A stretch of 64,000 bases of DNA, from IMG/VR virus record IMGVR_UViG_3300011005_000053. One strand, 5' to 3'. A program made the translations under genes and the position numbers. A model generated the notes under the pieces. It made no database searches. It had not been told where the DNA came from and saw nothing but the letters and a program-made list of their open reading frames with translations. Of the stretch, positions 8,050 through 16,746 are shown one piece after another. Position 1 is the stretch's first letter, and each line of letters opens with the position of its first letter. Source of the DNA: a virus.

Positions 8050-10854
8050 TCAAGTAATTTGGCCATTTTTTGTAATTTCCCGGCGGAAATGCAGGTCGAA
8101 GATACGCAGATCGCCATCCGGATCCTCTACCAGGGACAGCACCGGCTCCCGGCTTCGTTTGATCAGATCGAAGAAGGAAGAGTTGGGGTAACCGAACAAA
8201 GTGTTGAAGACGGAGCGGCAGATATCTTTGAGCTCATCATCCTCAAGATGTTTTAGGAAATAGATCATGGTGTTACGTGTCATCACGATCTCGCCGACGT
8301 AATCGATACAATCCTGTCGCCTTGTAGCAGCCAGACGGTGTTGATCCTCCGGCTCAAGAGTATCGGACGCGTATATGTACTTGATTTCGCTCCGCGACTG
8401 CCTCACCAGCTCCACAGCGCGCTCGATCTTCGGACGCCACACGTTACGGTGATTGTAATCTTCGCTTGTAACGAGCTCCGAGAAGGGGAGGAAGGCACCG
8501 TGCCGATCCCCGTGACCTGCCCGCAGCTTATAAGAGTTGATGGCCGTCTGCAGGTAATCCATCGTCGATGCATGCTTCTGATATACCTTGGACGATGCGT
8601 CGTAATATCCCTTGCCGCGATCTTTCGCCGCAAAGAAGTTTGGCTTCACCTTGCGACCGTCGGCGCTGACACGCGCATATTTCTGATTCAAGATGTCAAG
8701 CTCTTTACGATTGTTGACGTTGAATTCCTTCTTGGCGGAGTCGATCTCGATATTACTCATCACGTTCAGCAAACACGCGTCCAGATATAACGGCTGCACA
8801 TCCTCAATCGATGCTCCATTATTCAGGCGATCCCATATCATGGAGTTGATCTCGCTGGCCGTGTTCACGATGCGGCCGATCAAATTGCGGCTCGTTTTTA
8901 TATCCAGGTCACACTGCTGAGCCTTGGTGTAATATCGGGCGATCTTCTTCGCCACCACGTTGTACGCGGCAACAGGGAAGTGGGCATAGTGCGTTTCTGC
9001 AGCCTCTATCAGAATATTGTTGTCGGTAAGGAGCATAACGTCCGAATCAAAGTCGGCCCCGGACAGTCTGTCCAGGATGCTCTCGCCAATAGAGTTGAGA
9101 TATACGATCTGCGGCGACGGATTCATGTATCGATCGATCATGTCGTTTGCGGCATTGTTCGCTACCAACACGTTGCCCATAGACACGTGAGGGGAGCGGG
9201 AGCCAAGCAGCTTCTGCCCGTACGCAAAGCGTGTTGAGTGAATGTTACCCGCACCGATCTGACTGGTACCGTCAAAGGTTCCGATTGCCGCCCGCAGCAT
9301 CTCGATCGGATTGCCGCACAGCACACTATAGTTGCCGTTCACGAGCACATGTCCAAGCCGCAGGCTCTTTGTCATGGATTTCAATACATCTGTACGGAAG
9401 TCATGGTACAGTTTCGTCTCGGCAAACCTGTCGTTAATGCCGAGCATCTGATATATCACGTCGTTCTTGCTCTGAGCCGGCAGGATCTCGTCGGCATCCG
9501 GATCGATCGGGTATTTAATATGGTAGCGCATCACAGCAGGGTCCGTCCGCAGCATCGTCATATAATCAAAGGTTGGAGCGAGCAGCGCCCGCACTTCGTC
9601 CGGCGTGAGCTGCAGCGTATTGAGAAGCTGGTAATGGATCTGCACCATACGGCCGTCAAAGAAATGTGTGGGCTTATCATATTTCACCACACCGAACATC
9701 GGCTCAATGTGCGCCATCCACTCATCCAGTGTGCCAAACTTGACATACTTGATACTGCTCGGCGTCGTGATCAGCTTGATATCCTCGACGCGCTTGGCCT
9801 TCGTGCGGCCATGGAGCTGACCGATCTCCGTGATGCCGTTATCGGCAAACCACTGCTGCAGATTGCAGTTAAAGCAGCAGCACTTAAAAAACAGGTTCCG
9901 CAGCAGGATCATACCCTTATCGCTGTACGGCCCCATAGCCGACTTGTCAATCAGCCCCTGCCCGTCCCAGATACTGTTGTGGATCTCACAGGTTTTATGC
10001 TCGGCCGACAACCTACCCCCGTGCTCCTCCACAGAGATCACGTCGTCGGCAAACACACTTTCCCAATCGTCGATCACCAGGATATTCTCCGGCGCCAGCT
10101 CAAGCACATCCACGATGCTGGAGGAGGGAAGAGAGATGTAGCTCTCCAGAGCCGCCAGATCGATCTGATCGCCATCGCGCACATCCAGCCCGCACATCTC
10201 CCATTTGTGCATCTCGTCGTACAGCTTCTCGTCGATGAACAGGCATTTGCCCACACGCGCCGAACCGGAGCTCCGCTTCCAGCGCACATAATGGACGTTG
10301 TCGCACCAGAAGCCGTTTTTGTACAGACGCTCACGCGCTTCGGCCGTACCGACCATAACTTTAGGCTGGTGAAGCATTTTATATTGACCGTCTGCATATC
10401 CGAAGTATGGAAGCAGCTCGTCGTCTGCCGCCGAACGCGCAAAGGGTTTATCCACCTCTACACCGACCACGGTACCGTTTGCGTCCCTGGCAATACCGTC
10501 CCGGAATGTCAAATCTCGCGGGCACTGCCCAAGCTTAACATACGTTGTGCCACCGATGCGGTTCCATTCGCGCACCGCATATTTGAACGTCACATTGATC
10601 ACGCTCTTCGTATAGTGTTTGCGCCCGCGCTTAAAGGAGAAGTCGGTGTCCCCGTAAACACCCTCATACACCTCGCCAAGCTTGATCTGATCGAGGCTGA
10701 AATCCAGCGCGGCTACAAAACGTCTTGTATTATAGTCGCGCTTAAGATTCAGCATACTGTGCCCTATGCGTCTGCGGCGCCAGTTGCTGTAGTATTGCGG
10801 AATGATGAGGTCCTTGCAATCGGCAGAGAAGATATATAGGGACTTACCTCTCAA
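8050..10854 (-). CDS. 934-aa hypothetical protein; candidate non-canonical single-subunit RNA polymerase of the two-barrel (YonO-like) type
   Basis: No Walker motifs. LSGADFDSDVM at about aa 598-608 resembles the universal beta-prime NADFDGDQM catalytic loop. GQKLLGSRSPHVSMGNV about 55 aa upstream resembles the beta GDKLAGRHGNKGV loop, and the beta-like-then-beta-prime-like order matches two-barrel polymerases. There is also a CCCFNC cluster. TTG start at 10854 after GGAGG. Confidence 0.5.
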   Translation of the reverse strand: MRGKSLYIFSADCKDLIIPQYYSNWRRRRIGHSMLNLKRDYNTRRFVAALDFSLDQIKLGEVYEGVYGDTDFSFKRGRKHYTKSVINVTFKYAVREWNRIGGTTYVKLGQCPRDLTFRDGIARDANGTVVGVEVDKPFARSAADDELLPYFGYADGQYKMLHQPKVMVGTAEARERLYKNGFWCDNVHYVRWKRSSGSARVGKCLFIDEKLYDEMHKWEMCGLDVRDGDQIDLAALESYISLPSSSIVDVLELAPENILVIDDWESVFADDVISVEEHGGRLSAEHKTCEIHNSIWDGQGLIDKSAMGPYSDKGMILLRNLFFKCCCFNCNLQQWFADNGITEIGQLHGRTKAKRVEDIKLITTPSSIKYVKFGTLDEWMAHIEPMFGVVKYDKPTHFFDGRMVQIHYQLLNTLQLTPDEVRALLAPTFDYMTMLRTDPAVMRYHIKYPIDPDADEILPAQSKNDVIYQMLGINDRFAETKLYHDFRTDVLKSMTKSLRLGHVLVNGNYSVLCGNPIEMLRAAIGTFDGTSQIGAGNIHSTRFAYGQKLLGSRSPHVSMGNVLVANNAANDMIDRYMNPSPQIVYLNSIGESILDRLSGADFDSDVMLLTDNNILIEAAETHYAHFPVAAYNVVAKKIARYYTKAQQCDLDIKTSRNLIGRIVNTASEINSMIWDRLNNGASIEDVQPLYLDACLLNVMSNIEIDSAKKEFNVNNRKELDILNQKYARVSADGRKVKPNFFAAKDRGKGYYDASSKVYQKHASTMDYLQTAINSYKLRAGHGDRHGAFLPFSELVTSEDYNHRNVWRPKIERAVELVRQSRSEIKYIYASDTLEPEDQHRLAATRRQDCIDYVGEIVMTRNTMIYFLKHLEDDELKDICRSVFNTLFGYPNSSFFDLIKRSREPVLSLVEDPDGDLRIFDLHFRREITKNGQIT

Positions 10855-11132
10855 CCTTTCTTGGCCTCCCTTGCAGCTGCAAGCCGCGCGGCTATTGCAG
10901 CCTTCTGCTCGTCGCTTAGCTCAACTGTACGTTTTTTACCCAATTTCACCATTTCGAGGGGGAGATGAGCAAAGATACTCCCATCCTTGTTCTCGACGAA
11001 AACGCGCTCATTTTCGTCCAGCTCATCCATAAGTTTTCGCACTTTATTGATGTACCTTCGATCTGTAAGCGTCACGGACACATGATCGTCGCCGGTGATC
11101 CACTCGATAACGTTCTCACGCAGCTCACTCAT
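10851..11132 (-). CDS. hypothetical protein
   Basis: Start ATG (MSELRENV) overlaps the stop of the upstream gene (GATGAGTGA). Translationally coupled. Confidence 0.55.
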   Translation of the reverse strand: MSELRENVIEWITGDDHVSVTLTDRRYINKVRKLMDELDENERVFVENKDGSIFAHLPLEMVKLGKKRTVELSDEQKAAIAARLAAAREAKKG

Positions 11133-11355
11133 CCGCAACACCATTTTCAATAAGATCGATCGTCCATGCGATAACACGATCCTGACCGGCGGCCTCGGCA
11201 AGCGTGTACATCAGCAAATAGAACATCTGATCGAACGGCGATTTGCCGGTAGCTTCAAATCCAAATTCGCGCATAGTCTCTTCGAAGGCTCGCTGACGCT
11301 CAATAATCATGTCTGCCTTCACAACCGTCTGCACAAAGCTTTCTCTGGTGATCAT
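11125..11355 (-). CDS. hypothetical protein
   Basis: RBS GGAGGA plus 6 nt then ATG. 76 aa. Confidence 0.6.
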   Translation of the reverse strand: MITRESFVQTVVKADMIIERQRAFEETMREFGFEATGKSPFDQMFYLLMYTLAEAAGQDRVIAWTIDLIENGVADE

Positions 11356-11489
11356 ATGTAATCCTCCATAATAGAATAGTAGGTCTTCGCCCGCATAGCC
11401 AAATCGTCTTCGTAAGCGAGCTCATCATTTCTGTAGTCATCATCAGCCGCGCAATAATCGTCGCAGCCAACAGCGTCAAAGTTCGTCAT
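11352..11489 (-). CDS. small acidic hypothetical protein (45 aa)
   Basis: GGGAGGAGGAG plus 9 nt then ATG (MTNFDAV...). The track ORF extends upstream with no start signal. Confidence 0.45.
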   Translation of the reverse strand: MTNFDAVGCDDYCAADDDYRNDELAYEDDLAMRAKTYYSIMEDYI

Positions 11490-11588
11490 GCGCCTACACT
11501 CCTCCTCCCATAAGCACCCGGCGCAGGTATTCAGTTCACGGTTCACTCCTGCATAATCCTTTCGTAGTTGCTTTCACAGCCGGTAAAA

Positions 11589-11610
11589 TGTGAGTACCCT
11601 AATTCTGATT
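11589..11610 (-). promoter_or_regulatory. degenerate copy of the conserved 22-bp element (AATCAGAATTAGGGTACTCACA), in a 5' UTR
   Basis: Reverse complement matches the recurring motif, with CTCACA in place of TTGACA and no -10 box. It lies between an upstream promoter/terminator and the 45-aa gene. Confidence 0.5.
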
Positions 11611-11643
11611 ATCTCCCGCAAAATAACCAGCCTTGCCCGGCTG
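11611..11643 (-). terminator. short hairpin plus T-run (CAGCC-ttgccc-GGCTG then TTATTTTG) between the two motif copies
   Basis: On the minus strand the stem is followed by a T-rich stretch. This would end a ~35-nt leader from the promoter at 11653-11698. Confidence 0.4.
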
Positions 11644-11652
11644 TCTAAGATC

Positions 11653-11698
11653 AGTATAGCACAAAAAGTTGGATTTGTCAATACCCTAATTCTGATTT
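11653..11698 (-). promoter_or_regulatory. leftward sigma-A type promoter carrying the conserved motif (AATCAGAATTAGGGTATTGACA-18-TATACT)
   Basis: -35 TTGACA at 11676-11681 and -10 TATACT at 11653-11658 on the minus strand. Consensus upstream extension AATCAGAATTAGGG. Confidence 0.6.
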
Positions 11699-11722
11699 CC
11701 GACGAGGGGTCGTCGGGTTTTT
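11699..11722 (+). terminator. hairpin CCGACGA-gggg-TCGTCGG plus TTTTTG
   Basis: Stem followed by a T-run on the plus strand, at the boundary of the divergent control region. Confidence 0.4.
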
Positions 11723-11764
11723 GAAAAATGGCTGCCGATAATGTGGTATTTTGGCGGCCGATCC

Positions 11765-12135
11765 TTAAAAGAAAGAGAAGCTGGAGTAAGAGAAAGAAAA
11801 TATATATATCATTCTAAAAGAATATCTCTTATATACTTTATATTCTAATATTATATATATTAAATTATTAATATAAGTAAAGTATATATAAAATCATTTT
11901 AGTAAGAGAAGTATAGAACGTAAAGTATTATTCTTACTAAAAGGATAGAGTAAAGTATTAATCCAACTAAAAGGATAGAGTAAATGATTATGCTTACTAA
12001 AAGTATTATGAGAATGATTACTCATACTTAAATGAATAGCAGTAAAGTATTGGTAATACGTAAATGATATAGGAAATGATATGTCTTAGTAAAATCATTT
12101 ACTTTGACCAAGTATATTATTATTCATACTCCGGA
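11765..12135. repeat. AT-rich iteron block (~25% GC); candidate replication origin or partition site
   Basis: Three tandem ~29-bp units beginning ACTAAAAGGATAGAGTAAA at 11936-12020. Repeated GTAAAGTATT appears about 4 times and GTAAATGAT about 3 times, with a sharp GC drop relative to the ~52% flanks. Confidence 0.45.
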
Positions 12136-12539
12136 AAAAAAGTTTGGAGTGATGCTTTGTTAGGGGCGCAGCGGCCCTCCAAAGCCGCGTGCGCCCCGGA
12201 TGTTAAAGAATAACGATGGCGGTGAACTCCCTCGCTTTTGAGCTGTTAGATGTAAAGGCTTGGTGTCAAAAGCTTGGTCGTTCACCTTGTACATAACGTA
12301 AAGCATTTGTAGCTGGTAAAGCAGTAGCAGCTGGGGTTTAACTTCCTCAGTTTTGCCATTTTGCTGTACCGGCTTTTTTGTTGTTGTACCTGCAAAGCTT
12401 CGGTCGTTAAACCCGCACATGCAATTTTGATCCGTTACAGGCCGATTTTTCGCGGGTCCGGCATAAATCATTCTGGTATGGCGAGATCTCGGTTTTTGGG
12501 ATGGTTTAATTTATCGAACAGTGAGCGCTAGGAGATTAG

Positions 12540-12690
12540 GTCGTGATTAAATTATTGGAATGAGTGTGTTGCGGTAGGTATGTGATGGAATGTAATTGTG
12601 GTGGGAGCGAGGTGCGAAAATGTGGAAAATTTTGTGAGGGTGAGGTGGAATAACTAAGGTCGTGTTTCGCCCGAATTTTTGGAAAAGATT
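12540..12690. other. strand-asymmetric G+T-rich tract almost devoid of C on the plus strand, inside a ~1.2-kb apparently non-coding region
   Basis: Read directly from the sequence: GTGTGTTGCGGTAGGTATGTGATGGAATGTAATTGTGGTGGGAGCGAGGTG...GTGAGGGTGAGGTGG. Only low-complexity ORFs overlap it. Confidence 0.4.
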
Positions 12691-13334
12691 GTAAACTAAC
12701 CCATAACATTTTACGTCCTTTTTTGAGCAAATAGGACATAAAACACGGTAAAATCCGAACTTTTCGCCGTTTACTTGACTTTTCCGTATGTTCTGTTATG
12801 TTGAGAGTGCAAGGAGGGAAAGACAAGTTCATAGATAGATAGGCAAAGGGTTAGCAGTCTTAACAGACTATATGCCGTTTCTTAACAGAAATTACCCTTA
12901 TATCCAATCAGTCTATGCGTGTACTTTGATAACGGAATACATCTCACAAGCCGCAACAGGGGCGTTTTCTATCGTGTTCCCTTGTCGCAATGGGTAGGGC
13001 TTGCCATACCTATAACGTCGGGTTAATCGATGTGTAAAACATGGGTGGATTGCGTCAATGACCAGCTTTAGGGCGGTGCGTGAAGTGTATGCGTGTATAA
13101 CTAACCGTGAAAAAGGCGGCTGCGGGTGTACTATGCCCTTTTCAGCGCAACCTGGTTCTCTGCCGGGGCACTGTTGGCAAAGGGGGCATAGTAAGCTGGT
13201 GGACAGCGCGATATTACGGGACACTCTTGAAGTGTATGCTTTGCATTGACTTGACAGCGCAATCTTTGCGCCGTGATGTGAGTGCAAAACTCAAAAATAT
13301 TTTATTCCGGCAAAGCCGGGGAAAGGACTATACC

Positions 13335-14015
13335 ATGACTATCAATCTCATCAACTCTATCCGTGCCAACCGTGCCAACACCAAGACTGTCCCCATCGAT
13401 TGCTATGGGGAGAACGCTAAGCAGGACTGGACTACGTTCCGTGACGCTCTGTATGACTGGAGTCTGATCGATTCCAAGAAAGACGCAAGCGCCGCCTTTG
13501 AAGCGGGCAAGGCTATCTTTGCGTCTATCAACGCCGACCTCGACGACATCCGCCGTATCCGCTTTGACGGTGTGGCCGACCTCGCCCGCTACCGTGACGC
13601 CGCCGTGACGTTCCGCAATGTCGATAATGCGGAGACCGCCGCGCTCAAGACTGTGCTCGCCCTCGCTCGCTATCGTGCCGGGGACGCCGACAAGGCCAGT
13701 TTCGCAGGGACTGACTATGCCTATGCCTGCAAACTCGCCGGGGTAGAGCCACGCCCCGACTACTCCATGGACGCCGACGTGGCTACCGCCCTTGCCGCAA
13801 AGGTGGAGACTATGCTCGCCGACTCCAAGGAGTCCAAAGAGTCGAAGCAGAAGGTCAAGGCGCCCGTGGGCGTCGAAGCGTTCCGCAAGGCTTGCGAAGT
13901 GCTCGTGGCCGAGAAGCTCGACGATGTCATGTCCAAGACCGTCGCCGAACTCGACGCCGAGCGCAAGGCTCGCAACAAGGCCCGCGCCGCCGCTCGCAAG
14001 ATTGCCGCCAAGTAA
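13335..14015 (+). CDS. hypothetical protein (Ala-rich C-terminus); first gene of the rightward early block
   Basis: GGGGAAAGGA plus ATG at 13335. High-GC coding region. The track start at 13107 lacks an RBS. Confidence 0.55.
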   Translation: MTINLINSIRANRANTKTVPIDCYGENAKQDWTTFRDALYDWSLIDSKKDASAAFEAGKAIFASINADLDDIRRIRFDGVADLARYRDAAVTFRNVDNAETAALKTVLALARYRAGDADKASFAGTDYAYACKLAGVEPRPDYSMDADVATALAAKVETMLADSKESKESKQKVKAPVGVEAFRKACEVLVAEKLDDVMSKTVAELDAERKARNKARAAARKIAAK

Positions 14016-14272
14016 GGCGATACTGAGAGCCCGCCCGATGAGTCGCTGAAAATTGCGACGAAACGCCCCTGCCCGGGGCGTCGTGGGACAAGCTTCGCAA
14101 ACCCACAAAATAATAGCGCCCATATGCGGCAACATACAGGCGCTAAGAAAGGGGGTGTAGTATCACGAGGGGATACTATACCCAAGCCGGCTATTGGGGC
14201 TGGGTAGGAAATCGGTATATCCTGTTCGCGACAGAACAGGAATATTGTGACTACATAGCCTGATAGCACGAC

Positions 14273-14303
14273 GGGCGCCCGGTTTACCGCCGGGCGCTTT
14301 TTA
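14273..14303 (+). terminator. rho-independent terminator (GCGCCCGG...CCGGGCGC TTTTTAT)
   Basis: 8-bp GC stem plus T-run. Confidence 0.6.
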
Positions 14304-14342
14304 TCTTAACACGAAAACGGAATTTTTGCAAGGAGGAAAATT

Positions 14343-14657
14343 ATGCGTACCAACAGAATTTTACCGTTGCGCTTTGAGCGCAACCTGTCTGCGGCGGATA
14401 CCGCCGATGCCGGTATCGAATTCACTTATTGCGCTGACTGCGGCGCGATGATCGAAGCGAATTCGGTTGTCACTGTGCACGCCAATGGCGCTGAGCGCGC
14501 CGTTTGTGGCCAGTGCGCCGAGGAGGGTTATGAGTGGTGCTACGGGTGCAGCGCTTTCTTCGACCGCGGCGATATGTTGGTCGATATGCGCACCGGCGAC
14601 TACTTTTGCCGCCGGTGTAGTAGCAATCCCATTAGTTTCTACTGTTGTAAGCCGTAA
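14343..14657 (+). CDS. Cys-rich zinc-ribbon protein
   Basis: AAGGAGGAAAATT then ATG. Several CxxC pairs. Confidence 0.6.
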   Translation: MRTNRILPLRFERNLSAADTADAGIEFTYCADCGAMIEANSVVTVHANGAERAVCGQCAEEGYEWCYGCSAFFDRGDMLVDMRTGDYFCRRCSSNPISFYCCKP

Positions 14658-14705
14658 TTAAAAAAGCGCCCGGCAAGGGCGTCATTTTTATAAGGAGGAT
14701 TTGAA

Positions 14706-14933
14706 ATGGATTTTGAACATTGGAAAGAGAAACTGCGCAAATTATGTGCCGGTTTCGACCTCACGTTCCGTGAGGAAAACGGCAATTTTTACGCCGTTTC
14801 AGGCAACACGGAAATGCATTCCCACAAGGGAAGCACCCGTGTGTACATTAGAAGTTCCGAACGCAATCGCGGCGTCGGGACTTCTTTCAACAGGGATGAC
14901 GGATATGTGTCCGTCAATTTGCAGGAGGTGTAA
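14706..14933 (+). CDS. hypothetical protein
   Basis: AAGGAGGATTTGAA then ATG. A weak terminator lies upstream at ~14666-14692. Confidence 0.55.
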   Translation: MDFEHWKEKLRKLCAGFDLTFREENGNFYAVSGNTEMHSHKGSTRVYIRSSERNRGVGTSFNRDDGYVSVNLQEV

Positions 14934-14935
14934 AA

Positions 14936-15241
14936 ATGAAAGCGAAACTTGCCGGCATTATGACCGCGATCATGCTTCTGGTTTCCGCTTTGGTCTCGGC
15001 GGAAGTCATTTATCCGGAGACTATGGTCATCACGCATCTTGACTATGCCAATGACATGGTCATCTGCGAAACCGCAAACGGGCATGAATTTGCCTTTTGC
15101 GGCATCGAAGATTACCAGCAGGGCGAGCTGGTGAGCTGTATCATGTACAGCGGCTTCACGCCCGAGATCTTCGACGATGAATTCCTTGCCACATATTACA
15201 GCGGCTGGTCTTTCGAAAACGTTTCCGCGATCATTCGATAA
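14936..15241 (+). CDS. small secreted/membrane-anchored hypothetical protein
   Basis: N-terminal hydrophobic signal-like segment (MKAKLAGIMTAIMLLVSALVSA). Confidence 0.55.
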   Translation: MKAKLAGIMTAIMLLVSALVSAEVIYPETMVITHLDYANDMVICETANGHEFAFCGIEDYQQGELVSCIMYSGFTPEIFDDEFLATYYSGWSFENVSAIIR

Positions 15242-15285
15242 CAAATACATATCCCGGCATGAATCCGGGAGAAAGGAAGGCAAAA

Positions 15286-16047
15286 ATGGCAAAGCAGGTT
15301 ATGATTTGGGAAGCAGAGGATGGAGCGCAGTTCGTCAAGCGCGAGGACTGTGAGCGCCACGAAATGGCACAGGCGCAGATCTATATGGAGCGCCTGAAAG
15401 ACGAAGTGAGGTATCGGGAAGTGCCCCTGTTTGAAGAGAGGCGCTATGGCGCTTATTTGGTGTCGCCGGTAACGATTCTGACCGCCACGCCGCGCTCCAT
15501 GAAAGAGCTGATCGACATTGCGGAATACATGCGCAAGGAGATCAGTGAATCCATCGACCTCATGCCCGGCTTCCGCTTCAATGCGGCCAAAAATGAGGTT
15601 TACTACGCCGAGCCGGCGGCGTTTCCTATGACCTATTCCGTCATGGTTGAGCGTTACCGCAAGCGCAAGCACCCGATCGTGAAACTGTTCACTGGTCGGG
15701 AATTTGCCAAACTGGCGAATCTGATTACCGGCCATATTCCCGATTCGGATATCGCGGCGGTCACATTCCGCGAAGATGATTCCGATGAAATCGCCTACGC
15801 CGAACCCGACGACTACAAGCCCGTGATGGGCTTTGGCAGCAGTGACGCCGAGACGAAATGGGAAAACGCCAAACATCCCGGCAGACCGCGCATGATCGTA
15901 GTCAACGGCGAAGTGCACAACATGTCCGAGTGGGCGAGAATCTCCGGCCTTAGCCTGAACACGATCAGCAGCCGCATCAATATTCTTGGCTGGGATCCGG
16001 TTGCCGCCGTGACCACTCCCGCCCATTCCCGCAAAATTTCTGGCTAA
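15286..16047 (+). CDS. hypothetical protein with C-terminal HTH-like segment
   Basis: GGGAGAAAGGAAGG then ATG at 15286. C-terminal WARISGLSLNTISSRINILGW. Confidence 0.5.
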   Translation: MAKQVMIWEAEDGAQFVKREDCERHEMAQAQIYMERLKDEVRYREVPLFEERRYGAYLVSPVTILTATPRSMKELIDIAEYMRKEISESIDLMPGFRFNAAKNEVYYAEPAAFPMTYSVMVERYRKRKHPIVKLFTGREFAKLANLITGHIPDSDIAAVTFREDDSDEIAYAEPDDYKPVMGFGSSDAETKWENAKHPGRPRMIVVNGEVHNMSEWARISGLSLNTISSRINILGWDPVAAVTTPAHSRKISG

Positions 16048-16092
16048 AATCAGAAATAGGGTATTGACAAGATGGAATTTTCGGACTATACT
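16048..16092 (+). promoter_or_regulatory. conserved-motif promoter (AATCAGAAATAGGGTATTGACA-17-TATACT)
   Basis: TTGACA at 16064-16069, TATACT at 16087-16092. Confidence 0.55.
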
Positions 16093-16162
16093 ATGAATCA
16101 CAATCGTAACCGGGCCTTGGCAATAGCCTCGGCTGAGGGAGCGATGGAAAGGAAAATCAAAA

Positions 16163-16309
16163 ATGAAAACGCAGCGTATATTCGGCGCGATTCTAATTGG
16201 AATCGCAATTCTGGGCCTGATCGTGTGCCCGGAAGAGGGCGCAGGGTGTGTCTTTGTGGGCGTCCTGGGTGTGGCGGCACTCGTCAGCCACAAAAATTTT
16301 TGCCCCTAA
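16163..16309 (+). CDS. small hydrophobic membrane peptide (48 aa)
   Basis: GGAAAGGAAAA then ATG. Sequence MKTQRIFGAILIGIAILGLIVCPEEGAGCVFVGVLGVAALV. Preferred over the overlapping Arg-rich 83-aa track ORF. Confidence 0.4.
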   Translation: MKTQRIFGAILIGIAILGLIVCPEEGAGCVFVGVLGVAALVSHKNFCP

Positions 16310-16311
16310 AT

Positions 16312-16333
16312 AATCAGAAATAGGGTAATCACA
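16312..16333 (+). promoter_or_regulatory. degenerate copy of the conserved element (AATCAGAAATAGGGTAATCACA) upstream of tRNA-Gln
   Basis: No -10 box. Followed by the hairpin GGCGCTCC-gcaa-GGAGCGCC (16337-16358) and then the tRNA. Confidence 0.45.
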
Positions 16334-16362
16334 AATCGGCGCTCCGCAAGGAGCGCCAACAT

Positions 16363-16436
16363 AGGCCCGTGGTGTAACGGCAGCACAACAGACTTTGACT
16401 CTGTTGGAATTGGTTCAACCCCAATCGGGCCTGCCA
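16363..16436 (+). tRNA. tRNA-Gln (anticodon TTG), CCA encoded
   Basis: Hand-folded cloverleaf. Acceptor AGGCCCG/CGGGCCT, D stem GUGU/GCAC, anticodon arm ACAGA-CUUUGAC-UCUGU, T arm AUUGG-UUCAACC-CCAAU, discriminator G then CCA. Confidence 0.7.
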
Positions 16437-16473
16437 AACAGAATTAAAGACCAATTTTAGGAGGAATGGATTT

Positions 16474-16710
16474 ATGTGCGAATTTTGCGATCTCCGCTAT
16501 GACGAATCCGGTAGATATAGCCGGGATAAACAAAGAACGACCACTGTTGTAGATGGTGCGTGGACGTCAATTGTGCGCGGCGTGGAGCCAAATAACAGGC
16601 TGTTTCTGGAGGGAGTAGGCGATGACACAACAGATCGCTATTATCCGAAATACTGCCCGGAATGCGGCCGCAAGCTCACACTTAAAGTGAAGGTTAAAAA
16701 GAGAAAGTGA
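16474..16710 (+). CDS. zinc-ribbon small protein
   Basis: AGGAGGAATGGATTT then ATG. CxxC...CxxC. Confidence 0.6.
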   Translation: MCEFCDLRYDESGRYSRDKQRTTTVVDGAWTSIVRGVEPNNRLFLEGVGDDTTDRYYPKYCPECGRKLTLKVKVKKRK

Positions 16711-16746
16711 AATCAAAATAAAATTTGCTTATAGGAGGAAAGAATT

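Noticed and set aside
8230-8260. YGDTDF near the N-terminus of the 934-aa protein as a family-B DNA polymerase motif C
   Set aside because: The position (about aa 67) is wrong, and no other PolB motifs (exonuclease motifs or KxY) are visible. Treated as coincidental.
12160-13287. Minus-strand ORFs 12160-12471, 12536-12832 and 12913-13287 in the control region
   Set aside because: Pro/Ser/Arg-rich low-complexity translations without ribosome-binding sites. They span predicted hairpins and the C-depleted tract. Considered non-coding.
16072-16323. 83-aa ORF overlapping the promoter motif and the hairpin before tRNA-Gln
   Set aside because: Arg/Gly-rich junk frame with no RBS. The 48-aa hydrophobic ORF at 16163-16309 is the better candidate.
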